NCBI GenBank assembly: GCA_023213395.1
Contig: CM041465.1
Coordinates: 130,889,741 to 130,953,740 of the forward strand
DNA from: Cycas panzhihuaensis
Taxonomy: Eukaryota > Plantae > Cycadophyta
Reading direction: 5' to 3'
DNA length: 64,000 bases
The notes below the pieces were generated by a model. The model did not search any database, was not told the DNA's origin, and was given only the letters and a program-made list of their open reading frames with translations. Below, one piece after another: positions 53,665-64,000 of the stretch. Numbering within the stretch: the first letter of the stretch is position 1; every line of letters starts with the position of its first letter. The position numbers were made by a program, and so were the translations under genes.

Positions 53665-56600
53665 GGCGCTTAGGACTAAAGAAGGGGGGACAGATGTTGG
53701 GACCCATTTTGTTAGTAAGGGTAAATGGTGGATATTATGTTGTCAAAAGGAAATTAGTTAGGTTTTGTAGCTAGAAATGGTTACCAAACGACATAACAAC
53801 GATTCCAAAGAGTATGTATATGTAATGAGGATAGATGAGGGCAGGCGATGGGGCGCATCTTGATCCTAGTGGGTGGTATGGAACTGGCATGGGATGATTA
53901 CATCCTGCTTCTGTATAACCCGTTTTGATATAATATATTCGGTGTTGTGTAGATTTTGTGTTATGTTTTTGAATATTGTTCATATATTATTCATATGTTG
54001 CCATAGTTGAGTACTATTCATATTATATTGATCGTGCTGCAATACCATCTAATCTCTTCCTAGTATGAACCCATATTTTTATAGTTAATAGATGTCTCCA
54101 CATTTTCCTTCCCATTTTAATGTTTTCCTGTTTTCATGTTTCTTGCAACTTAGAAGCACTCCCTATACTCGTTGCATGACAATCACCTATCCTAGGCTTG
54201 TCACACACCCAATCTTGCAGTAGTTATACCCTAAGCTTGCAGCATGACATCCACATCCTAGGCTTGCCACATGCAAAGTAGCAATAACACCACACTAGGT
54301 CTATCATAGACATCCACTTTTGGTGTTAAGTTAAAGGCACTTGTCAAAAACACCTTTTTAGTTTTGTTTCTAGTCAAAATTTTCCATGGATAGGATCTAC
54401 ATTATAGGTGGCCCCCACTAACTACTAATCCTAACTACTAAAAATTAGAATAGCATATAAACAATTGAAAACACTTGATTGATTTTGTTTTTTTCATGCT
54501 CTGAATTTTATAATGTATGCGTATATATTTTGATTTCTGGATGCGTGGTTAAATATTTTACAGATTTTTTTGAAAACCCCTGATTTGACGTTTTCACATT
54601 TCTAAACTTTTTGAAAATTGATGTCTCCACATTTTCCTTCCCATTTTAATGTTTTTTTTCCTGTTTTCATGTTTCTAGCAACTTAGAAGCACTCCCTATA
54701 CTCGTTGCATGACAATCACCTATCCTAGGCTTATTACACACCTAATCTTGCAATAGTTATACCCTTAAGCTTGCAGCATGACATCCACATCCTAGGCTTG
54801 CCACATGCAAAGTAGCAATAACACCACACTAGATCTGTTATAGACATCCCCTTTTGGTGTTAAGTTAAAGGCACTAGTTAAAAACACCTTTTAGTTCTGT
54901 TTCTAGTCTAAAATTTCCATGGATAGGGTCTACACGGTAGGTGGGCCCCACTAACTACTAAAAATTAGAATAGCATATAAACAATTGAAAACACTTGATT
55001 GATTTTTTTTTCATGCTCTGCAATTTATAATGTATGGGTATATATTTTGATTTCTGGATGCATGGTTAAATATTTTACAGATTTTTTTGAAAACCCCTGA
55101 TTTAATGTTTTCACATGTCTAAGCTTTTTGAAAATTGATGTCCCACATTTTCCTTCCCATTTTAATGTTTTCCTGTTTTCATGTTTCTAGCAACTTAGAA
55201 GCACTCCCTATACTCGTTGCACGACAATCACCTATCCTAAGCTTGTCACACACCCAATCTTGCAATAGTTATACCTTAAGCTTGCAGCATGACATCCACA
55301 CTAGGTCGGTCGTAGACATCCACTTTTGGTGTCAAGTTAAAGACACTAGAAGCATAGTAGGTTTGGGATGTTTACGTTTCATATGTCTCACCTACAAGGG
55401 TTGGAAATATACAATTATAATTAGGAACTAATCACTCCAATATTATAAATGTAGTTGAGGAAAGCACTTCTAAACATTAGTCACTCTCATATATAATAAA
55501 TGTTGTTGATTGAAGCACTTGTAAACGTGAGCCACTTAACCATTTCAAGTCAACAAATACAAAGATGACCATGATATCATAATTATGCATGTATGCAAAC
55601 AACAATCACAACATGATTGTTGGATATGAATTGCGGTACACTTGAGATTTACATATTGATTATAAAGAATATTGCTGTGTCATCAAACAATTGTCAAAAA
55701 TTTCAAATCATGAAACCTACAATGCTCACAAAGGATGCAACATTGATGTTGATTAGCACAAACCAGTGTTGTGTAACTTCAAGGAGAGTGTAGACACCTG
55801 GCCAACATAAAATGATGATACATAGAGCTCAAAGCTGGTGCAAAATACCTTTTCATAACGTAGCAGATTGACACGTAGTATACAGTCACAAAATTATTAA
55901 ATCCAATTCTGAAACTCATTTCTACGGCCTCTTTTGAATAGAGTGAAAAAGGTGTCAACCATGTGTTAGACCTACCTAACCGATAGGGGAAATACATCTT
56001 ATGTTTCATGTTGCCTTGTGCAAGGTGCAAACCATTGTTCAAATAAACTGGTGCTAAATACCATTCCAACACTATTGGATGAGAATATATTTTCTAACTT
56101 TGTTAACCATAGCTAGTTAAATTCTACAACGGCTAACAAAACAATCAAATAAAACCATCATGAAGCACATTCTAGAATGGAAAGAATATTTGGCTGACGA
56201 GGGTATTGGAAGCATTAAGGCAGGCATATAGGAATACCAATGGTTCATTTAAATGCTACTTGAGTCAGAGTAAGCATTGAGGGCCTTTCTTGTGAGCGAG
56301 TATGCAATAGAATGATTATGCTTGATTACCACTAACTACAAGGATAGAGTGGTGTGCCTGTAGACTTTGACCACGTTGCACATCATATAAATATCATACC
56401 TGAAGATTGTATTGTCACCATATTGCAATCAGCCAGATCTGTTCATTTAGGATTTGTAATCGCCAAGATACCTCTCTCATGCATACCATGTGCCTTGAAC
56501 CATGTGTAATCAATGTATCCAGGACTCTGCTGTCAACCCATCAAAGCATCCCCTACCCTATGTTGTCTACAGTTCTCTTTGTCTTTTCTTTTTTTGGTAT

Positions 56601-56807
56601 GTGTCTATGTTTTGTCTCTTCATTATGTTTTGTTGCTGGCTCCTATTTTCCTTGTTATTTTTTAATACTTGGCGGCAGGGCTTATACAAGACGAATATGC
56701 TATGTGTATTAAGTCTTCATTGAATTTGTATCCAGATGAATTGTTGCATTGCATAGCTCTGACACAGTTTGATTTGCCATTTATTGCATTTTTGTGCTTT
56801 CTTGTAG

Positions 56808-56939
56808 GTAGTTGAGGCAGCAGGGAGAGAAGGCGCAACTTGTGTGGAACATTGGTTTCTTGGATGCAATGCAACACATGTTGTATGTGAGGGGACATCC
56901 GTTCAAAGGTACATAGGCTACACCACTAATCTTGTGACG
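56808..56939 (+). CDS. Host BRCT-domain protein exon: VVEAAGREGATCVEHWFLGCNATHVVCEGTSVQRYIGYTTNLVT
   Basis: Strong acceptor and ACG|GTAAGT donor. 44 codons with a second BRCT-like motif (ATHVVC). Confidence 0.9.
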
Positions 56940-57110
56940 GTAAGTGATACTGTGCTCCTTGGGTTTGATGGCTGAATTGATTTGTTACACATTTTGCAAT
57001 TCCGTTATTCTTTGATTTCAGCATAAATCTTGTTTTTTGAAGTTTTGATATCAATCCTTGTCATGTTTTAGTGGAAATTGATTTGATCGTATATTAAATC
57101 TATGCTTCAG

Positions 57111-57233
57111 CCATTATGGGTATTGAAGACAGCAAGGGAGAGATTCACGCAGCGGCTTGTTCATTTTTCAGCGGACCTGGCTAGGCAGGTGGCAATTATG
57201 TTGGATAATGCTCAAAATAGCCATCTGGCGCAG
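57111..57233 (+). CDS. Host BRCT-domain protein exon: PLWVLKTARERFTQRLVHFSADLARQVAIMLDNAQNSHLAQ
   Basis: CTTCAG acceptor and CAG|GTTATT donor. The join NLVT|PLWVL restores the BRCT VTPxW motif. Confidence 0.88.
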
Positions 57234-58149
57234 GTTATTTTTTCTACACTCTGTGGATGCGTGTCTTTGAACATACATATGTTTGTTTTGTGTGTGTTCC
57301 AGCATGTTGTATTTCTTTCTACATGCAAAAAATATGAAGATCAACTGTCCACATGACCACCCCCGAAATTGTTGTACAAGGTGTCCAAAATTATTCTAAT
57401 GGGTTATAGAGATACCTGTCCTTTGGTATCCCAAGCATTTGCCCCTAGTTGAGAAAGTGAATGCATAAAAACTCCAAGATTCAAGTAATCCAAGCCATTC
57501 CCAGTGAAAGATTATCTAATGTTGTTCCTGTGGTTGCAATTCTGAACTTAGCTTTGATGCCGTTGTTGCATCTCTAAATGTTTTCAGAAGACATTTAGCA
57601 GGTCTAGGCAGTTGTCCAAATGGTTTTCAAGTTAATTTAGAAATCTGCCACAATAGTTGAATCACATGCTTTTTTGGAAGTTTAATTTTGTCCTTGGGGT
57701 TTGAACCCTTTATCAGACAAGAGGTGTAGTATACGCTATAGATTATTGGGTCTTATCCTACAGGGATTGCCACTTGTTCATATGTGCCTTAGTAGAGGCT
57801 CTATTCAAGCAATTTTGCAACTCCTGTTATGCAAATTGAGTGGCATGTTTCTTGCAATATTTATTTTTGGTATTCATTTTTGACACATTAAGGGCATATT
57901 ATTAGTCTGTTGCATGGTTGCTAAATATAGAAGCCTTCATATGATTTAAAATGTTGATGTGCCATTTGATGCAAAATTGTGAAACATAGATGGGATATGG
58001 TGTACTAAACTGTATAAAACTTTTGTTCAAATGAACAAGGTCAGAAATATGGACTGAGGTTTAATGTTAAATTATTGGTAATCAATTAAAATTAAGGTCA
58101 GTTTTTGGTTGAAAATATGATATTGTTAGACAGGAAACATTACTTAGAG

Positions 58150-58720
58150 CAACAAAAGATGTTTTGAGAAGGGGGGGCAGGGGATGGTGACATAATGACC
58201 CTCTCCCAAGCAACACACTTTGGTACTAATTGAGGTAACTCAAAATGTTAAGCCTCAAGCATGGTTTCCATGCAATGTCAACAGGAGGCTGCAGGGCTGC
58301 GCATAGGCCCCAAGTCCTCCCAATACAAACTGGCTAGGTGCTGAGGTAAGCTACCTAAGCTTGCCACTAAAATCTGTTTATGACAGACACCACACAAGAA
58401 GCCGTAAACTTGTAGGATGGACACATTGCAGGGTGCCAAGAGCTGTTGTCATATGCCCATGGCCCTAGAAAGGGGGCTTGTACAAACTCCTAATCAAAAT
58501 TATACCTTAGGCAACCTAAAGTGGATTCCAATGTACCACAGAAAATCCTCTTGTTGCATTCTTGCTCCCCAGTGGGCAAAGGCACCTCTGAAATTGAGAA
58601 GAGATTAATGATTTTACAATTATAATCCTAAATAAATGGAATCAAGTGGAGATCCATAGACCATGGCATAGGGCTTTTCATTGCCTTTGAAATGAGCAAT
58701 TGTGGGGCCTGAGGAGACAC
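58150..58720 (-). mobile_element. Possible very old LINE (L1) remnant
   Basis: The minus strand gives EDFLWYIGIHFRLPKV...VCTSPLSRAMGI, resembling the post-RT L1 motif FLW.G....KV.W..VC.P...GLGI. Confidence 0.3.
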
Positions 58721-58876
58721 TACATATGAAAGTTATGTTAGTTTTAAGATTGGGTGTGGTATCTTCCCCCCAATGGAGGTCAACTTCACCTTGGAATAAT
58801 AAATATAATTGCTTGAGGTCGACTTCACTTTAAAATAATTAATAATTTTGGTTAGCTGCTATATACAAGTAATGAG

Positions 58877-61031
58877 TGTTAAACCTTTATGTTTAAATGT
58901 TAAGTGATGTACTTTATATTGTAACATTATGTATTTTATGTAAAGGTGTCTTATCACCTAATGTGATAAAGTACACACCCAGATTTTTTCTAGTAGCACA
59001 ATATTGTGACTTGAGGGTCAATGTACCCCTCATGCACTTTTGTTCACAAGAGAGCCCAAGGGACACTTGTTCCACATGCAATTGGCATAGCTTGCATGTT
59101 TGATATTCATCAAACATGAAGCCTCTCAAGGTCTCTCCTCCAACTCTATATATTGAAACCAATTCTCATGTATCAGATAAGAGAGTGAGTCTTGTATTGT
59201 TATGCTGCTACTTTTTGAATCCAAGTCAATCTTGTTTAGTTGGAGTGAAGAACAATTCCTTTTCTTCCATATTTTGTGTCTATCTTATGCTTGAGTACAT
59301 TGTTCTTTATGCTTGCTTATTTGCTTATGTTCGTAATTGCCTAATGTAGTTGCTGATAATCTCCTTATGTTAGTTGATTTCCAAACCTTTGGTGACGACT
59401 TTTGCTCTCCGAAGACGATCCAAGGCTGAGTTTGGATCATTTTTCTATCATTTTCAAATATTTGTAGGCTGGAAATCAATATATTAATTTTCTAAAATTT
59501 TTTTGGGTTTAACATTATACTTGCAACAGGGAAAATACAAAGAAAACTCTGTTTTCATTAGTTTTTTCCATACAAAAAAAAAACAACAACAAATCTACTG
59601 ATTCTTCTCCATTGTTGGCCTCAAACTCACTAGAATCTTCTCATCTTAGACTTTGCTTGTCGCTGGTTGGTGCACTAAAGTTTCAGGGCAAATTTGTCAC
59701 TGTTTAATGAGTTTTTAAGCATAAAAAAATATAGTTTTTTGCTCGTTCTTGTTTGTAGATTGGGTGTTGGTTCGTACTGAAGGTGTCTCTGGCTTTATTG
59801 ACTCTCATTTTAGTGATTAAGTTCACTGTTGAGTGTTTGTTTCTTCCTAGTAGATCCTACATTATATCGGCAACTAGTGGGTAGCCTAATCTATCTCACC
59901 AACACTAGACTAGATCTTTCATTTGTAGTTGGGTTTTGTTTTAGGTACATGTCTCAACCCATTCAGAAGCATTGGAATGCAGCAAAATGTATATTGAGAT
60001 ATCTGAGAGGCACATTGTAGCTTGGCCCTCAGTATACACATGATGAGAACTTCATCTTTGAAGGGTTCTCAGATTCTGATTGGGCAGGATGTCAGGATAG
60101 TCGTAGATTGACCTCAAGATATTGTTTTCACCTTAGGTTAGAAGTTATTTTGTGAGGTTGAAAGAAGCAACCCAATGTTACCTTGTCCTCCACGGAAGTA
60201 GAATACAAAGTTGTAGTCAGGGTAGCTTGTGAGGCTAAGGAGGATTCTTAGCGAGCTTGGACTTTAGCAGGATCACCCAACCAGGGTATATTGTGACAAC
60301 CAGAGTGTGTTCAAGAAACTGGTTTTTCATGCAAGGACCAATCACATTGAGGTTCATAACCATTTTATCAGGTAGCATGTGCAGAACGATGAGATCAACC
60401 TCTTCTACAAGCTCACAAACCAGCAACCAGTGGATATCTTTAGCAAACCACTTGGTAGAAAAAAGTTCAAGAAATTCAGGGATGGTCTTGGTGTCCGACT
60501 TAACATTATAAATATTAAGGTGGGGTGTTAAACCTTTATGTTTAAATGTTAAGTGATATACTTTATATTGTAACATTATGTACTTTATGTAAAGGTGTTT
60601 TATCACCTATTGTGATAAAGTACATATCCACATTCTTTTTAGTAGCACAATGTGGTGACTTGAGGGTCAATGTACCCCTCATGCACTTTTGCTTACAAGA
60701 GAGCTCAAGGGACACTTGTCCCACATGCAAATGACATAGCTTGCATGTTTGACATTTGTCAAACATAAAGCCTCTTAAGGTCTATCCTCCAACTCTATAT
60801 ATTGAGACCAATTCTCATGTATCAGATAAGAGAGTGTGTCTTGTATTGTTATGCTACTATTTTTTGAATCACATTTAACCTTGTTTATTTGGAGTGAGGA
60901 ACAGTTCCTTCTCCTTTGTATTTTGTGTTTATCTTATGCTTGAATACATTGTGCTTTATGCTTGCTTATTTGCTCATGTTCATAGTTTCTTAGTGTAGAT
61001 GTTAATCATTTCCTCATGCTAGCTGATTTCC
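58877..61031 (+). mobile_element. Short (~2.15 kb) two-LTR Copia deletion derivative K with D-related LTRs
   Basis: ~506-bp diverged LTRs at 58877-59383 and 60526-61031. The interior holds a leader plus only the RT-end/RNase H region (59850-60500) and a PPT. No clear PBS or TSD. Confidence 0.85.
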
Positions 61032-61544
61032 TCTCCATATGATCCTAAAGGCTATGTTCATCAATTATTGGTGTGAAGATTGAATGCCATCTTCTTCAAT
61101 AATGAGTGGGTCATTTGGAAGGGCATTAAGTCTTGGAGATTTTTGGCTCTGCTCTTTGTGGAAGGAGGCACACTTTTGGAGGTTCCCTTGCTTGGAAAAG
61201 GGATGATAAACCATGGTATTCAGTATTGAAACATCTGCGGAGGTGAACTATAAGACTATAACCATTTTTCTACGTATTGTGGATATCATATTTTATTATT
61301 TTGGACATTTAGTTACTATTGTATTAGCATCTGTAATTCATTTACTTTTATCGTATTATTATTTACTTATTATTGTACCTTCAATTGTAATTTTTGTAAT
61401 ATTTACATCATTGTTATATTTCATTATTATATCTATACCATCCACTGTTACTATTGTATAATCATTTGTTTCGCATTTGCTATTGTATTGTCATTAATTA
61501 TTGTTGTAGTGTCATTTATTATTGCTTTATTATCATTTATTCTT

Positions 61545-64000
61545 GCGTTGAGAAATTGGTTTCAAGATGCTTAGGAATAGTTAAGGACATATTTTTAGGA
61601 ATGGTTGTGGCATGTGCTTTAGTGAAAAATCAATGATAATCCAGTAAAGGAGTATTTAGGAAGTCTTTGGAACAATTATAGGAAGCTTCTAGAACACAAG
61701 GAATGGTTGTAGGTTACAAAACTCTCTCGTGAACAGTTCTCAACAGATGCAGGAATGGTTCTATAGATAATGGAACAATTTTGTAGACGATGGAATGGTT
61801 ATGGAACAACGAATGCTTCTTGGAATGATTCTATGCCCGAAATTCGAAAAAGACAATAGTATAAGCATACAAACGTACAAAGCAAAATTTGTTAATTAGT
61901 AACTAGGGTTTTGTGTCATGAAAGGTTAAAAAATATGATTATAAAGTTGCACCCTTTCAGGATTTTGGCTATGTAAAAGGGTATAAATAGGTCATTTTCT
62001 CCTATTGGTTCAATAGGGAGAGTCGAGTAATTAAGTCATATGCCATGTTCTCAGAATGATTCTATGCCCAAAATTCGAAAATGACAATAGTACAACCATA
62101 TGGACGTACAAAGCAACATTTGTTAATTAGTAAGTAACTAGGGTTTTGTGTCATGAAAGGTTAAAAAATATGATTGTAAAGTTGCACCCTTTCAGGATTT
62201 TGTCTATGTAAAAGGGTATAAATAGGTCATTTTCTCTTATTGGTTCAATAGGGAGAGTTGAGTAATTAAGTCATATGGCATGTTCTCAAGGGTGAGAGCC
62301 GAGTTAGTGAATTATATGGAATGCTCTTGTGGGTGAGAGCTAAGTGATTGAGTCTTATGATATGTTCTCAACAGTGAGAGTCAAACAATGGAGTCATATT
62401 TTATACTCTCTAAGATGAGAGATGGACATTGAAAGTGATGTAATGTTTTATGAACATATTCAATGTTGACTAATGAAATATATGAGTTATGAGGAAAAGA
62501 CTTATGCATTCTATGTGATTGATGATTGGTTATGTATTGTGTGAATGAATATGTTACACATGTGATGAATATTGGAAAGCTATTATATATGTTGTAATTA
62601 ACCTAAGTGCAACCAATATCAAGGAGTAAGGAGGACACACGGCGGCTACATTATCAAGTGGTTTTGGGGTGTCGATGGGTCGAGTAGCACTCAACATTAG
62701 TTCCATTGCTAAATCATTGGAGTAGAAAAGAGCTCAAGGACTTGAAGATAGGTGGGAGTGCATGACCAAAGACCAAAGGACCCTGGATATCATTGTGATC
62801 ATAGTTTCTAATTATAAACCATGACAACCAATGGACTTTCCACTCAAGCGACCTTCGGGTAATAGAGCACCATAATCAAGTTGTTAGAGGTTGATACATT
62901 AGACAAAGGAAAGAAAACTAAGGCAAGCACATAAGAGAAGTACACCGCCAAGGAGGACTAAGGAGAAGGCAATGAAGTAGGAACACCCCAAATAGTCATA
63001 AGTGAAGGAGGCACTATGATAGAGGAAACTATGCCCAATGTATCCGAGCCAAAAGGGATTTTGACAGGAAGTGAGGAATTTTATCTAAAAGAAACCCAGA
63101 AGAGCACAAGTAGTGACAAAGAAGAGGTAGAAGAAGCTTTTGAGGCAATCTCGAAAAATTATTTTACTAGGAAATTATTTAATACATCGCTTGAACTGAG
63201 TGAGAGTTCATTTGTGATCAAAACAGCATTGGCAATTCAAATCTTAGGGTTGAAAGGAATCATTCAAGTAAAAGCCCTTATGGACAAAACATTGTTTAAG
63301 GAGAAGGAAGAGATGACACCAAAGGAAGGGATGTCACCTAAAGTGGCCACAACAAAAGGGAAAATAGTGGCACCGAGGACTCCTCCCAAGATGGCGTCTC
63401 GTTTGTAGCATGATGAAAGTGCCTTTAATCATTTAAAATTTGATAAAGCTATGGATGGAACAAAGCATCTACACCTCTTTAGAAACATGATTGAAATTAG
63501 AAACATCACTAATGAGAAGGATAATAAAGGAAAAATTGCCTACATGCTAAGGGGAGTGTTGTTGGTGTGGTACAAGGAACTAGATGTAACCACAAAGATG
63601 TGGCAACAAATTTGTGATGCCTTTTAGGTATTAAGAAACCTTAAGCAGTGCTGAGGTGAATCGATGCTTGATTATTCTAGTTGTATGTCTATTATAGCAA
63701 CCAACATTACTAGTAGGGAGAAGCTACTAGTTTTCTATTGAAAAACTACATTATGAATGGGTCGTAGCCCTGGCTAAGAAATGCATTGAAACAACGACCA
63801 AATAAATCGTTCACAGAAGCAAAAGAATTGGCCATTAGGTTTAAAAAGGAACTAGACTTAGGGGAATCAAGCACACAAGACAATGTGCGAAGGTTGTTAC
63901 ATGAAGAAATCAAGGAGTTAAGAGTGGAAAAGACATGCAAAACCATAATGAGAGAGGAGGCATGTGAAAATTACGAGAAAAGAAGAAAGAGTCGATAGGA
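61545..64000 (+). mobile_element. 5' part of Gypsy element G (same family as E), truncated by the window end
   Basis: GTGAGAGCCGAGTT LTR motifs shared with 10400-10560. LTR end TCAACA at 62696 with a decayed Asp-PBS-like tract. Gag fragment LRGVLLVWYKELD. Left edge approximate. Confidence 0.7.
61823..62288 (+). repeat. ~231-bp tandem duplication within the G LTR, including TATAAATA
   Basis: GAATGATTCTATGCCC starts at 61823 and 62054. Confidence 0.9.

Larger units (their letters stand above)
35603..54090 (+). mobile_element. Ty3/Gypsy element F (Athila-like: tRNA-Asp PBS, extra 3' ORF), carrying nested H and B
   Basis: LTRs 35603-35999 and 53695-54090, about 32 differences by eye (~8%). TSD GATGT. 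PBS TGGCATCGTTGCC at 36002; PPT AAAGAAGGGGGGA. Order gag-PR-RT-RH-IN, with IN interrupted at 41390/51013. Confidence 0.95.
35308..55349. repeat. ~534-bp tandem array, 3 copies: copy 1 is split by Gypsy F (35308-35602 plus 54096-54345), copy 2 is 54346-54879, copy 3 is 54880-55349
   Basis: Units start AAAAACACCTTTT. The empty site GAAAATTGATGTCTCCACATTTTCC is intact in copy 2. Each unit contains a hAT-like terminus TTTCT(A/T)GCAACTTAG. Confidence 0.9.
8945..56807 (+). other. 47,863-nt GT-AG intron filled with nested transposons
   Basis: Phase-0 donor at 8945 and pyrimidine-rich TTTCTTGTAG acceptor at 56807 give the continuous peptide SELHKK|VVEAAGREGA. No other host exon of this gene was recognised in between. 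Confidence 0.85.

Noticed and set aside
55640-56560. Possible decayed coding sequence before the 56808 exon
   Set aside because: No frame or motif could be recognised; left unannotated.
56801-56813. AG|GT at the end of the giant intron as a recursive splice site
   Set aside because: GTAGTT is a weak donor and is explained by the Val-Val codons of the exon.
61213-61636. Hydrophobic short ORFs
   Set aside because: Low-complexity TTA/TTG-rich sequence.

Overview
Eukaryotic, AT-rich land-plant genomic DNA; the style suggests a large-genome fern or gymnosperm, but this is an inference. The whole window appears to lie inside one + strand host gene encoding a plant BRCT-domain protein. Five small exons (7852-7943, 8076-8178, 8679-8944, 56808-56939, 57111-57233) splice into one stop-free 238-codon frame. 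They are joined by a 132-nt U12-type AT-AC intron, two short GT-AG introns and a 47,863-nt intron. The start and end exons were not found and probably lie outside the window. The introns are filled with decayed, nested transposons. These include a four-level nest: a ~534-bp tandem array, containing an Athila-like Gypsy element (35603-54090), containing a non-autonomous Gag-only LTR element (41391-51007), containing an integrase-less Copia (41694-46261); each LTR element has a perfect 5-bp TSD. Also present are a Copia (10950-19014) with a triplicated LTR promoter segment, a hAT element with TIRs and an 8-bp TSD, and several chimeric Copia/Gypsy remnants. The Gag-only element carries an antisense, internally deleted fragment of a host C2-domain gene. 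Most ORFs in the supplied track are TE fragments or spurious antisense frames. All sequence comparisons were made by eye.
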